Below are positions 49,249 through 58,086 of a DNA stretch of 64,000 nt, in pieces. Source of the DNA: Pseudobdellovibrionaceae bacterium (GTDB lineage: Bacteria; Bdellovibrionota_B; Oligoflexia; Oligoflexales; Bog-1112); assembly GCA_002711925.1 (NCBI GenBank), contig PASJ01000027.1, positions 5,372 through 69,371 of the forward strand. Direction: 5' to 3'. The notes under the pieces are model-generated. The model was not told the origin of the DNA. It was given only the letters and a program-made list of their open reading frames with translations, and did no database searches. Position 1 is the first letter of the stretch, and each line of letters opens with the position of its first letter. Made by a program: the position numbers and the translations under genes.

Positions 49249-50451
49249 CTACCCTTCTGGCTTAAACTTATAGATCATACGACCTTGTTGCCATTTTATC
49301 GCATGATTCTTCTCAGTAATTGGTGACTTGAAGTGATAGATAAATTCAGGATTAAGTTCATGCTTGAAATGACTTAACTGCAAAAGAAAATTTTTATAGA
49401 ACAAGGAATTTTTTCCCTTCTCATATTGATAAAATATTTTTTTAACTTTTTCGTGTGATTCAAAACCAAGTTTGTTAGAAAAAATTTGTGTGCTAGATCT
49501 TTTGTATTCGTATGGAAATTTTAAAACAGATGAACTTTTATCCTCAAGGGCAAGAAGGGTTATTAATTCAAGTTCTAAAGAGCAAACATCATATTCGAAG
49601 CTCTCATCACCAAAATTAATTGCAACTAAAATTTGTGTTTTATATCTATTCTCTACCAAGACATCTTCTATAAGATGACTTGATTTTGTGTAAACATAAA
49701 CCTTGGCATCAGCAAATATACTATTAACAATTTTATTAAACTGAATAATAGAAAGACCGACAGAGGCAGGATATATTTCCTGATTCTCGACAATAACAAC
49801 TCGACTATAACTTGTATCAATTATATTTATTTCAATGGGGATGGATGTCAATTTTTTTTTCTTTAATAAGCTTTTTAATTTTAAAAGTATTAAACTCTCA
49901 TGAAAAAGCCCACCAGAGCCAAAAAAAGTGATAACCAAAGGACCCTTAGTCTCATTTTCATCCACTATTCGTTGTTCAATTTCTTTAAAAAATTGTTTTT
50001 CACAAGCCTGATCAATTTTGTTTCTTCGCCCGTACTTACGATTCCAAGGGCATGAATTTGAACAACATTCACAAAGATCAGAAATAGGCTCGACATATTT
50101 AAGACTCTTTGAACTCTCTTTAATTTTACTTTTATAAATTTCTTGTTTCTTATAAAACTTTACTTTTTCCCTCTCATATATTTTTCCTTTATCTTTGTCT
50201 GTGTTTAGCTCAGGAAACAAAGTTAAAAACTGATCAAATTTGGGAAAAGACTCTTTTGCCTTCATGGCATTTAGTGACTTTATTGTTCTTCTTTTTAAAT
50301 ACCTAAGAACCTTCATTTCTTCTTTATCAAGACTTTCTTCCTTGTTTAAAAGTAAACCTTTCAACGGTGATTTTTTTTCGCTAACAAAAGCAAATGCAAA
50401 ATTCTCAAAAGAAAAAATCAACATAAAAAAAATAGAAATTTTCATTATCAT
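49249..50451 (-). CDS. hypothetical secreted protein with a Cys cluster
   Basis: Signal peptide MIMKISIFFMLIFSFENFAFA. Cys cluster DLCECCSNSCPWNRKYGRRNKIDQACE. No recognised domain. Confidence 0.5.
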   Translation of the reverse strand: MIMKISIFFMLIFSFENFAFAFVSEKKSPLKGLLLNKEESLDKEEMKVLRYLKRRTIKSLNAMKAKESFPKFDQFLTLFPELNTDKDKGKIYEREKVKFYKKQEIYKSKIKESSKSLKYVEPISDLCECCSNSCPWNRKYGRRNKIDQACEKQFFKEIEQRIVDENETKGPLVITFFGSGGLFHESLILLKLKSLLKKKKLTSIPIEINIIDTSYSRVVIVENQEIYPASVGLSIIQFNKIVNSIFADAKVYVYTKSSHLIEDVLVENRYKTQILVAINFGDESFEYDVCSLELELITLLALEDKSSSVLKFPYEYKRSSTQIFSNKLGFESHEKVKKIFYQYEKGKNSLFYKNFLLQLSHFKHELNPEFIYHFKSPITEKNHAIKWQQGRMIYKFKPEG

Positions 50452-50635
50452 ATGTCCCTCAACAACTAAAATTATGGTGAAAGAAAGTCTTAAATTCAAT
50501 TGGTTTAGCTATTTCACAAAATTATAATATTAAATGAATACTTTCCTGTAAATTTCAAAAGGAAAAATAATATCGGTCAACTTGTTTTCATAAATTGTGA
50601 ATATAGAAATATTGTCTTGTAGAGAAAATTATTTT

Positions 50636-51814
50636 TTATAATTTTGATTTAGCTAGAGTTAGTATTTTGTCTAAAATAGAATTCAAGGAGAAAAATTTAT
50701 CATAGACCTGAATAGCCTTTTTGCCTAAGTTTAGTCGATAAGCTGTATCATATATAACTTTATCACATAAAGTTTTCATTTTTTTTACGTCACTATCTGG
50801 ACTAAGGACAACACATGAACTTTTCCCCCAGACAAACTCGGTATTTTTTCCAAAATTTGTTACAATTGGTTTACCGTGAGCCAAGGAAACCATAATGCTT
50901 GTCCGGTTTGTTGCTACGCCTTGAAAATAGGGCTGAACCATCAGATCACAAGACTGAACATGAGCAGACAAAGCCTTTACATCAAGCTCCCCAGAAGTCT
51001 CAAGTTGACTTGATATATTGGAGTTTTCATCTTTTAGCCTTTCCACAAAAGCATCACTGCCTCGACCGAGAAGAAGAAATGACCTTTCGGGATGATTTGT
51101 CAAAATACATTTAATTGTTTGTTGGAGTAAGTCTAAATGCTTTAAGTCGTAGTAGCTACCAAAAGAACCAAATAAAAATTGAGCATCAGGAGCAAATGCT
51201 TTTCGAAGATTTTTTGCCCGACGAATATCTTTTATATAAGGCACAGTACTTTGCAATGGTAGCCAGTGGAGTTTTTCCTTATTGATTTCTTTGGCTAATG
51301 ATCTTAAAGGTTTTTCCCACGCGCCTGTTGGAATAAAAATTTTATGTGATAATTTATTAATTTGTAGCGCTTTTTGTTTTTCATAGAAATGACTAAGTAT
51401 ATTTCTAGGCTTTAAATTAAAAACATACTCTGAATATGGAATATGAAACATTGTCCATAAAACATGTTTTTTTTTAGTTTGCTGCTGAAGAAATACGTTT
51501 AGATTTTTATTATAGCAACCACCAAAAAAATCTGGACGATACTGTAAAAAAATATATGATGACTTAGAACTTTTGTCGATATACATGGTCATTTTGGAAA
51601 ATTCTTCCTTACTCCAAGAAGTAAAGATAGGATGAAAATTGACCAATTGCTTATATTTTTTTCTAGGTCGCTCTCTTTTTTTTGAGTGATACCAAATATG
51701 AACTTCGTGACCTAATTGGGCTAAACCATTTGCTAGACTTAAAGTATAATAGCCAACACTAGAATTTTGAGGTGGTAGCGTTTCACACAAAAAGTGCCAA
51801 GTCCTTTTAATCAT
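50636..51814 (-). CDS. glycosyltransferase, GT-B fold (GT4/GT1-like)
   Basis: The N-terminus PPQNSSVGYYTLSLANGLAQLGHEVHIW is typical of GT4 enzymes. The C-terminal half carries CDLMVQPY....ATNRTSIMVSLAHGKPIVT. Confidence 0.65.
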   Translation of the reverse strand: MIKRTWHFLCETLPPQNSSVGYYTLSLANGLAQLGHEVHIWYHSKKRERPRKKYKQLVNFHPIFTSWSKEEFSKMTMYIDKSSKSSYIFLQYRPDFFGGCYNKNLNVFLQQQTKKKHVLWTMFHIPYSEYVFNLKPRNILSHFYEKQKALQINKLSHKIFIPTGAWEKPLRSLAKEINKEKLHWLPLQSTVPYIKDIRRAKNLRKAFAPDAQFLFGSFGSYYDLKHLDLLQQTIKCILTNHPERSFLLLGRGSDAFVERLKDENSNISSQLETSGELDVKALSAHVQSCDLMVQPYFQGVATNRTSIMVSLAHGKPIVTNFGKNTEFVWGKSSCVVLSPDSDVKKMKTLCDKVIYDTAYRLNLGKKAIQVYDKFFSLNSILDKILTLAKSKL

Positions 51815-51828
51815 CTATGTCCCAAAAG

Positions 51829-53124
51829 TTAAATTTTGTTTTTTCCATAGTACTTTACGACAACTTCTTCAATACCATCATAATTTTTTCCTTGCCATAG
51901 TAAACGATTCATATGAGACTTTGCTTGCCAAAACAGATGAATATTAGCTGTGATAATAGAATCGCCCTCCAATCCAAAGTCAAAAAAACGAATGGCTTTT
52001 TCTATATCAAACTGTTCTTTTATATTCAAAATATTTCTTTCTAAGGCTCTTGTGGGTCCATCCATTGCTGTTTTTTGTCTCAAACCAATTTTATACTGTT
52101 CTACTGCTTGGTTCTTTTTAATTATAACAATTTCCGTAGACCTCTTTAAATCAGCTAAAGTCTTCTGATAATAAACTTCTATTTGCTTGATTCTTGATCT
52201 AGATATTTTAATACTTGGAAAATATCCCCAGCCAATAGGGTTCTGCATCTGGGGTTGAAAATAACTGTAAATTTCTTGTTTTAAACTAAACTTTGACGCT
52301 TGCTTGAGCGCATCAAGGTTTTTTATTTCTCTTGATTTACGATAAACCTCATTAAAATCAGGATCTTTTGCTTCCTTTACTTCTTCATCAATTTTTTTCA
52401 GTGAGATCATTTCAATACAAAACCCCTTTAAGTTACCATTCAAACCAAGCAAAAAAAATAAGTTAGAATAAACCTTTTGAAGCTCTGATTGAATATACCT
52501 TGACCTATAACTCAGCTGAGCCTTAATTGTGTACAATAGACCAATTTCTTCGTCAGTAATTTTACGACCCTTTTTCTCGATCTGGCCCTCTATAGTTGAA
52601 ATAATATTGATAATTTGATTCTTGTAAAAATTTATCATTTTTACTTGAAGGGTAAACAAGTGAATATTGTAATAAATTGTTTCGATTTCATTAATACGAT
52701 TTGCTAAAAAAGTTCGAAAACTTTCTTTTTCAGCTTGACTTAAACTTGATTTCTCTTTCCAAGAGTACCAACGACTTGGAAACATAAATCCAACAAAAGA
52801 AGAAGCAACCTCAATAAAATTACCTAAAGAAAAAGCAACAACGGTCGACAAACCAATGTGGGGCAAAATACGACCAAAAGATTGGTCTATCATATATTTT
52901 TTTTGTAATAAATCTTCGCCTTTCTCTCTTGTTTCATAACCATTTAAAATTGCAAAAGCAGTCATCTCTGGAAGCGATATTTTTTTTGAAAAACTCTCTT
53001 CTTCTAAATCAAAATTTTCAAAAGGAAATGTCCGTAAATTCAAAGTGCCAGAAAATAAGGGCTTATAGAAGAATAGAAATACCACAAACACCAGAAATTT
53101 TACGTGCAATTTTTTGTCCATCAC
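51829..53124 (-). CDS. hypothetical exported protein, possibly a TolC-like outer-membrane factor
   Basis: Signal peptide VKFLVFVVFLFFYKPLFSG. The N-terminal block ISLPEMTAFAILNGYETREKGEDLLQKKYMIDQSFGRILPHIGLS resembles the first repeat of outer-membrane efflux proteins. Helical heptad-like sequence follows. Confidence 0.35.
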   Translation of the reverse strand: MMDKKLHVKFLVFVVFLFFYKPLFSGTLNLRTFPFENFDLEEESFSKKISLPEMTAFAILNGYETREKGEDLLQKKYMIDQSFGRILPHIGLSTVVAFSLGNFIEVASSFVGFMFPSRWYSWKEKSSLSQAEKESFRTFLANRINEIETIYYNIHLFTLQVKMINFYKNQIINIISTIEGQIEKKGRKITDEEIGLLYTIKAQLSYRSRYIQSELQKVYSNLFFLLGLNGNLKGFCIEMISLKKIDEEVKEAKDPDFNEVYRKSREIKNLDALKQASKFSLKQEIYSYFQPQMQNPIGWGYFPSIKISRSRIKQIEVYYQKTLADLKRSTEIVIIKKNQAVEQYKIGLRQKTAMDGPTRALERNILNIKEQFDIEKAIRFFDFGLEGDSIITANIHLFWQAKSHMNRLLWQGKNYDGIEEVVVKYYGKNKI

Positions 53125-53775
53125 ATGACTTTTGTTTGTTGTTTATAAATATTCATATCTTTATCAAAGAAAGATTGCAAAAGATAAAATAAATTTTTAG
53201 CTTGCTATAAAAATAAACGGCCTCTAAATCTGAGTATTTCATATTATCTTTACTTAAAAGTGAAGTTTAGCTATCTAAGAAAAAAGTAGAATAAGATGTC
53301 ACGGTAAAACTAGGTAAATAGTTTTAAATCTATAAAAGAAAAATAATCTATGTTATAGCTTTAGAGTAAGAAAAACAGAGCCTTAAATAGAAGAATAGAA
53401 TATCGACAACATGGGCCTTCTTTTTCAAGGTTATCATAAAAAAAAATCAGCCGTTTTTCAAGAGAAGTTCTGTCTCCATTTAATTACTTTGAAGCTCCAG
53501 GTAGGGCTTTTCTTTTAATAAAAGCCAAAAGAAACTGAGCGACAAAAAGAACTCATTACGATTTTTATAGTTCACTGAAACAACGGCACGCTTCAAGCAA
53601 AGTAGATATTAAATTTTAGCTTCGCTGATAAAAAAAGTAAAAGTTTACTTCATAGTTATAGAAATTTCCAAGTACGAAAGTAGTCTTTTCTAATCTTTCC
53701 TTCTTACTTGAATCAAGTAATTACTAGAAATTCTTCATATGACAACGACTAATGTCAATAGCAATAAAATAATTA

Positions 53776-54075
53776 TCGAATGCTTTCAAATCAAAAATTA
53801 GTGTTAAATAAGTAGAGAACGATAAAGACGTAATTAAATTAATGAATGATACCAAGTACGGCGCAACCACTTGTGTTCTCAGCCAAGATAGAATCAGAGT
53901 AAAAAAAATCTTATATCAATTAGACTGCGGAATATTTTATATCAATGCTTGTAGCAGGATTAGCCCGTATTTACCTTTGACAAAAAGACAGCATGTAGGT
54001 GCTGGAAGCACACTTTCTCAAGCATGTGTTCGAAGCTTTTTTCAACCAAAATTGTGTCGTATTGTAATCACATAA
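53776..54075 (+). pseudogene. decayed C-terminal remnant of an aldehyde dehydrogenase (BetB-like)
   Basis: The translation AFKSKISVK*VENDKDVIKLMNDTKYGATTCVLSQD...YQLDCGIFYINA...HVGAGS...FFQPKLCRIVI aligns with ALDH C-termini (EEIFGPV.SV..F..eDEAI.LANDT.YGL....QLEAG..WIN....PFGG.K.SG.GRE...Y...K.V). It has an in-frame TAA at 53809 and has lost the PFGG block. Upstream sequence cannot hold the missing ~400 codons. Confidence 0.6.
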
Positions 54076-54184
54076 GACCTTTTGGATTTACTTTCAACTA
54101 TAAAAATTGTTCAATATGACTTGACATGTATTTTTGATTTTTTAGTATTAGTATGAGCAAAAAACTATTAAAAAGGCTTCTTTC

Positions 54185-55117
54185 ATGTATCTAAAGTTTA
54201 TATTACAACCCAAAAAATTCTTACCACTTTCACTCTTTTTTATTTTCTTTTCCACGTCATGCGTTCACACCTTTGACAAAGGAAATAAAATTCACGACAT
54301 GGAAACAGTCACCAATCCTACAGATGAGTATCAAGACAAGTTGTATAATTATGAAACGATTGTTGTTCTAGGAGCAGGAGGATCGAGAGGGCTAGCTCAC
54401 CTTGGTGTTCTTGAAGAGTTTGAAAAAGCCAAAATACCAATTGATTACATTGTCGGTTGTAGTGCTGGGAGTATTGTTGGTTCTTTGTACGCCCTTTACC
54501 CGAGCACAAAAAAAATTAAACCCCTTCTTCTTACTCTAAAAGCTAAAGATATACTTGACTTCGATATGAAAAACATACGATTTGGCTTATCTCCTGGGAA
54601 CAAACTGAGAAAATTTCTAACAAAATACCTAGGAAAAAAGAAATTTTCCCAACTCAAAATACCCCTTGCTGTAGTAGCAACAGACCTAACAAAAGGCGAA
54701 GCAAAATACTTCACAACAGGAGCAATTGTACCTGCTGTCAGTGCATCAAGTGCTTATCCACTAGTTTTTCAACCCGTGAATTTCAATAACAGACTCTATG
54801 TTGACGGTGGAGTCAGCTCTCCGGTCCCAACAGATTTTGCAAGAAGCCTTAAGGGAAAAGTGATCATTGCTATTGATGTAAGCTCAAGTTTACCTAAAGA
54901 AATGCCACAACACCTTTTTGGAGTAGCAAAGCGTAGTCTAGAAATTTCATACTTAAATCAAAGTCGCAACAGCTTAAAATCTGCAGATATAATCATACAA
55001 CCTATACTTAATAATGTTGGAACCTTCGAAGAAAACTATAATCAATTTTTATATGAACAAGGTAAAAAAGAAGCTAGAAAGCAAATAAGCAAAATACAAA
55101 AACTACTGTTAAAGTAA
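54185..55117 (+). CDS. patatin-like phospholipase, probable lipoprotein
   Basis: Oxyanion motif LGAGGSRGLAHLGVL, nucleophile elbow GCSAGS and catalytic Asp in YVDGGV. The N-terminal signal has a lipobox-like FFSTSC. Confidence 0.85.
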   Translation: MYLKFILQPKKFLPLSLFFIFFSTSCVHTFDKGNKIHDMETVTNPTDEYQDKLYNYETIVVLGAGGSRGLAHLGVLEEFEKAKIPIDYIVGCSAGSIVGSLYALYPSTKKIKPLLLTLKAKDILDFDMKNIRFGLSPGNKLRKFLTKYLGKKKFSQLKIPLAVVATDLTKGEAKYFTTGAIVPAVSASSAYPLVFQPVNFNNRLYVDGGVSSPVPTDFARSLKGKVIIAIDVSSSLPKEMPQHLFGVAKRSLEISYLNQSRNSLKSADIIIQPILNNVGTFEENYNQFLYEQGKKEARKQISKIQKLLLK

Positions 55118-55123
55118 CACTTA

Positions 55124-55145
55124 ATCAACAAAAAGGGCTGTTGAT
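55124..55145. terminator. possible bidirectional hairpin between the convergent patatin and rpoZ genes
   Basis: ATCAACA-aaaagggc-TGTTGAT, a 7-bp stem. No strong U-run follows. Confidence 0.2.
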
Positions 55146-55224
55146 CATTCAAAAAGTATTTACGAATAAAAATTGGTGTCAAATAGAAAATCAAGGCTGA
55201 AGTTGTTCCAACGGATCAAGAAAA

Positions 55225-55440
55225 TTAACCTTCTGTCTCTGCATTCTCACCCATTTTACCTTTAAACTCAATCTTCCCTTCAGCAATTTCTCTAAGGGCG
55301 ACAACAGCTATTTTATTTTTGCTCGCAACAAGAGGGTGACTACTACTCATAAGCTGACGAGCGCGGTTAGCAGCAACAACAACTAACGCAAAACGGTTAG
55401 GCATTTTCTTTTGGCAATCTTCTATCGAAACACGAGCCAT
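55225..55440 (-). CDS. rpoZ: DNA-directed RNA polymerase subunit omega
   Basis: MARVSIEDCQKKMPNRFALVVVAANRARQL is the canonical RpoZ N-terminus. Confidence 0.9.
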   Translation of the reverse strand: MARVSIEDCQKKMPNRFALVVVAANRARQLMSSSHPLVASKNKIAVVALREIAEGKIEFKGKMGENAETEG

Positions 55441-55888
55441 TTTAAATTCTCCATGAACATAGTGATATGCTATTGTGATTCATTACATAAGATTATCACA
55501 TTACAGATAAAAGCCCAAGCTGTCAACGAAAACACAAAAACTGACTCTCCAGCAGCAAGAAGATGAAGCTCATTAAACACAAAAACCGCCGGGAAAACAA
55601 TTTTTTTCAAGATTAAAACTTTAAAAAATAGAAAGAAAAAAAACGTCCGATAGTTCAAAATTACCGGAGATAAAAGCGGGAAAATCCAAATTTTTTCAAA
55701 CCTAGGACGTAAGGGTCTATAAATAAATAAAATAGTTTTTTTTAAAAACTCTTAGTAGAAGTGTAGTGTAGTGAAGATAAAGCTGAGTCTAAAATTAATT
55801 TTTATCAATTCATCAAGAAAAAACGAAAAAATAAATGATTCCAAAAAACTGAAATTAAAATACAAATGCCACATAAAGTGAGGTTTCA

Positions 55889-56197
55889 ATGAAGATTCAT
55901 TTTAAATCAAAGACACAAGTAAAGATCCTTGAGGAAATTAAAAAAGAAATAGAAACAACACCTTACAAAAATATAATCCACCTCTCCGAAGAAAAAGGAT
56001 TTGTTAACGTCAAAATAAAAAAACTAGGAACTTCAGAGCTTTACTTTTCTTGCGAGGAAAATAAGGGTAAGAAAACAGTCGAATGGCATCTTTTCAAAGA
56101 AAAAATAGCTTTTACTCACAAAGCTTACAAAAGTGAGGTCTTAGAGCATATCAACAAAATCATTAGAAACATTGGCGGTAAAATAAACAAAACCTAA
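55889..56197 (+). CDS. hypothetical small protein
   Basis: A 102-aa Lys-rich ORF with a GAGG-like SD (aagtgaggtttcaATG). No recognised motif. Confidence 0.4.
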   Translation: MKIHFKSKTQVKILEEIKKEIETTPYKNIIHLSEEKGFVNVKIKKLGTSELYFSCEENKGKKTVEWHLFKEKIAFTHKAYKSEVLEHINKIIRNIGGKINKT

Positions 56198-56210
56198 AAC
56201 AAAGCAAACT

Positions 56211-56741
56211 CTAAAAAGTAACTACCACATCTTTTAAAAGCTCTGGTTTCACATAATAAAGATCATTTACACCTTGCCTTTTTAAATACATCGCTGCACT
56301 ATAGCTTCTTTTACCACTTGAGCAAAAAATCAACTTCGCTGCAGAAAGAACTTTTAAATTCTTTATAAAGTCTGACAGATTCTCTTCCCAAAGAAAATGA
56401 ACATTACCTAGACTTCCAGTAAAAGGCCTCTTTTCATGAGGAAAACTAGCGTCAAGACAAATAAGATCCTTTAAACTATGACCTTTTTCTTTAACAAGCC
56501 GATGTAAGTTAATTTTATCAATCTTGATGCTCTCGTTGCACCTTATAAGTTCTCTTAAGCGTCTCATAATCTCATCTGGACTTAAGCCACAGATTTGGCT
56601 CAAATCTGCTATTGTTTTGATTGAATTAATATTTTTGCTTGCCTGCCAGATGAAAAAAATTTCTTCCAAAACAACATCTAGGCAAGAAAGTTCTAGCGCC
56701 TTTAGCTTTGTCTCAAGCTTTAATGTAATTTTTTTAGACAT
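56211..56741 (-). CDS. rhodanese-domain protein with an unknown N-terminal domain
   Basis: The C-terminal rhodanese active-site loop reads LIFCSSGKRSYSAAMYLKRQGV. The N-terminal ~90 aa are uncharacterised. Confidence 0.55.
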   Translation of the reverse strand: MSKKITLKLETKLKALELSCLDVVLEEIFFIWQASKNINSIKTIADLSQICGLSPDEIMRRLRELIRCNESIKIDKINLHRLVKEKGHSLKDLICLDASFPHEKRPFTGSLGNVHFLWEENLSDFIKNLKVLSAAKLIFCSSGKRSYSAAMYLKRQGVNDLYYVKPELLKDVVVTF

Positions 56742-56951
56742 ACTCTCGTTTTGTTTCTAAGTTTAATTGAAAAAAATGGACTCCTTATCTCACCAAAACA
56801 TAGAAAAAACAAGATCCTTATTAAATCATCACTAAAAAATTAAAAAATTAATAAAATAAATTTTACACGGATATTTTTTTTATCGTTAGCTACCATGACC
56901 TAAAATTTCAAATTTAGTATACTAAAATTATTTTAAAAGTCTTTTTTCCGT

Positions 56952-57923
56952 GTGAGTATTACTATGAATTTTTCTACTTTAATAAGATTAAATGTAAGTT
57001 TTCTCTTTCTTTGCTTAAGTTTTTGTCAACAAGAGCAAGTAAGTAACCGTAAAGGAAATGATACATCCAATATTATTGCTAACTTTGATGAAGAAATAGA
57101 TTTTATTTTAGGTTCAGATTTAAATTTTGCTGATGATCCCAATTTTTTTGATGAATAAAGAGGTATTTCAGAGCAAGAAAAACAAAACACCTATAATATC
57201 GGGGTTTACATAAAAAAGATAAAAGGAATAAATAGTAATAAGTGTGATTACACCCAAGCGTTCTCAGAAACAGAAGGGGGTTTAGATTGCGCAGCAAACT
57301 GGTCTGCAGAAGCTGCAGAGACAACAGCAGAAGGGTTTAGAGAAGAAGTAACAAGTCCAACCAAAACAACTTTTACCAAAGACTACTGGGATCCAACAAG
57401 CTCAACAGGCATCTTTGGTTCAAGTAAAAAAAGGAAGAAAGGTTGGTTTGGCCTGGCAAGTGAATGTGAAAATGATACTTTAGAAGGAGATTTTTCGGTT
57501 CATTCTATTAGATTCCAAGTCAATGGAAAAACATATACAAAAAAAATTGCCGAACAGACTCATACCTTAGGAAATGATGAGGAGGCAGAATATAACTTAC
57601 TGGTTGTTCCTGAGCTTCAAGAAGAGCCAATGCATATTCTTTTTGATGCAAAGGTTTCTATTAATATTGAAATGAAAGAAGTTAAAAATACTGATGGTGA
57701 CAAAACATTAAAATCAAATGCTATTTCTGCTAGATATAACGATTTTCCAATGAAAGATCAGGTGATTCTGGGCACAACATCAAATGGATGTACAGCTGAG
57801 GTTTACTTCCATATTGGTGAAGTGATAAAACCAGAGAGTGGTGGTACTTATACGATGTACGGGATAGACGAAGAGGATGAGACAGAAGAAACCGATCAAA
57901 AATACCTTGAAACTGAAGATTAA
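56952..57923 (+). pseudogene. acidic lipoprotein gene interrupted by one in-frame TAA (57156-57158)
   Basis: The signal/lipobox ORF (NFSTLIRLNVSFLFLCLSFCQQ) ends at a TAA. The same frame then stays open for 157 codons with no ATG, GTG or TTG, up to the Met at 57630, and runs on to 57923. The protein is a paralog of the downstream gene. Confidence 0.55.
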
Positions 57924-57977
57924 AACAGACAAAAGAAAATAAGAGTAACTAACTGATAAAAATGATTATTCACTCCA

Positions 57978-57990
57978 TTTTTTTTTTTTT
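57978..57990. repeat. T13 homopolymer tract upstream of the lipoprotein gene
   Basis: cactcca-T13-aactac, about 97 bp upstream of the ATG at 58087. Confidence 0.9.
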
Positions 57991-58086
57991 AACTACTTAT
58001 ATGTTTTAACATTCTAGACAAATTAACCCTTTGTGGATTAGAATTATAAGGTATAAAAAAATTTTATATTATTGTGGAGTCAAAAA

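Noticed and set aside
55470-55658. 62-aa minus-strand ORF in the rpoZ upstream spacer
   Set aside because: The translation is Phe/Leu-rich and derives from an A/T-rich spacer. There is no SD sequence and no homology signal. This is more likely the promoter region of rpoZ. A TGTGAT-N15-ATCACA inverted repeat lies nearby, but I cannot assign it to any regulator.
56952-57923. An alternative genetic code (TAA read as a sense codon) as the explanation for the in-frame stop
   Set aside because: Many well-supported genes in the window terminate at TAA at the expected family length (for example nqrA and apbE). Global reassignment is therefore untenable.
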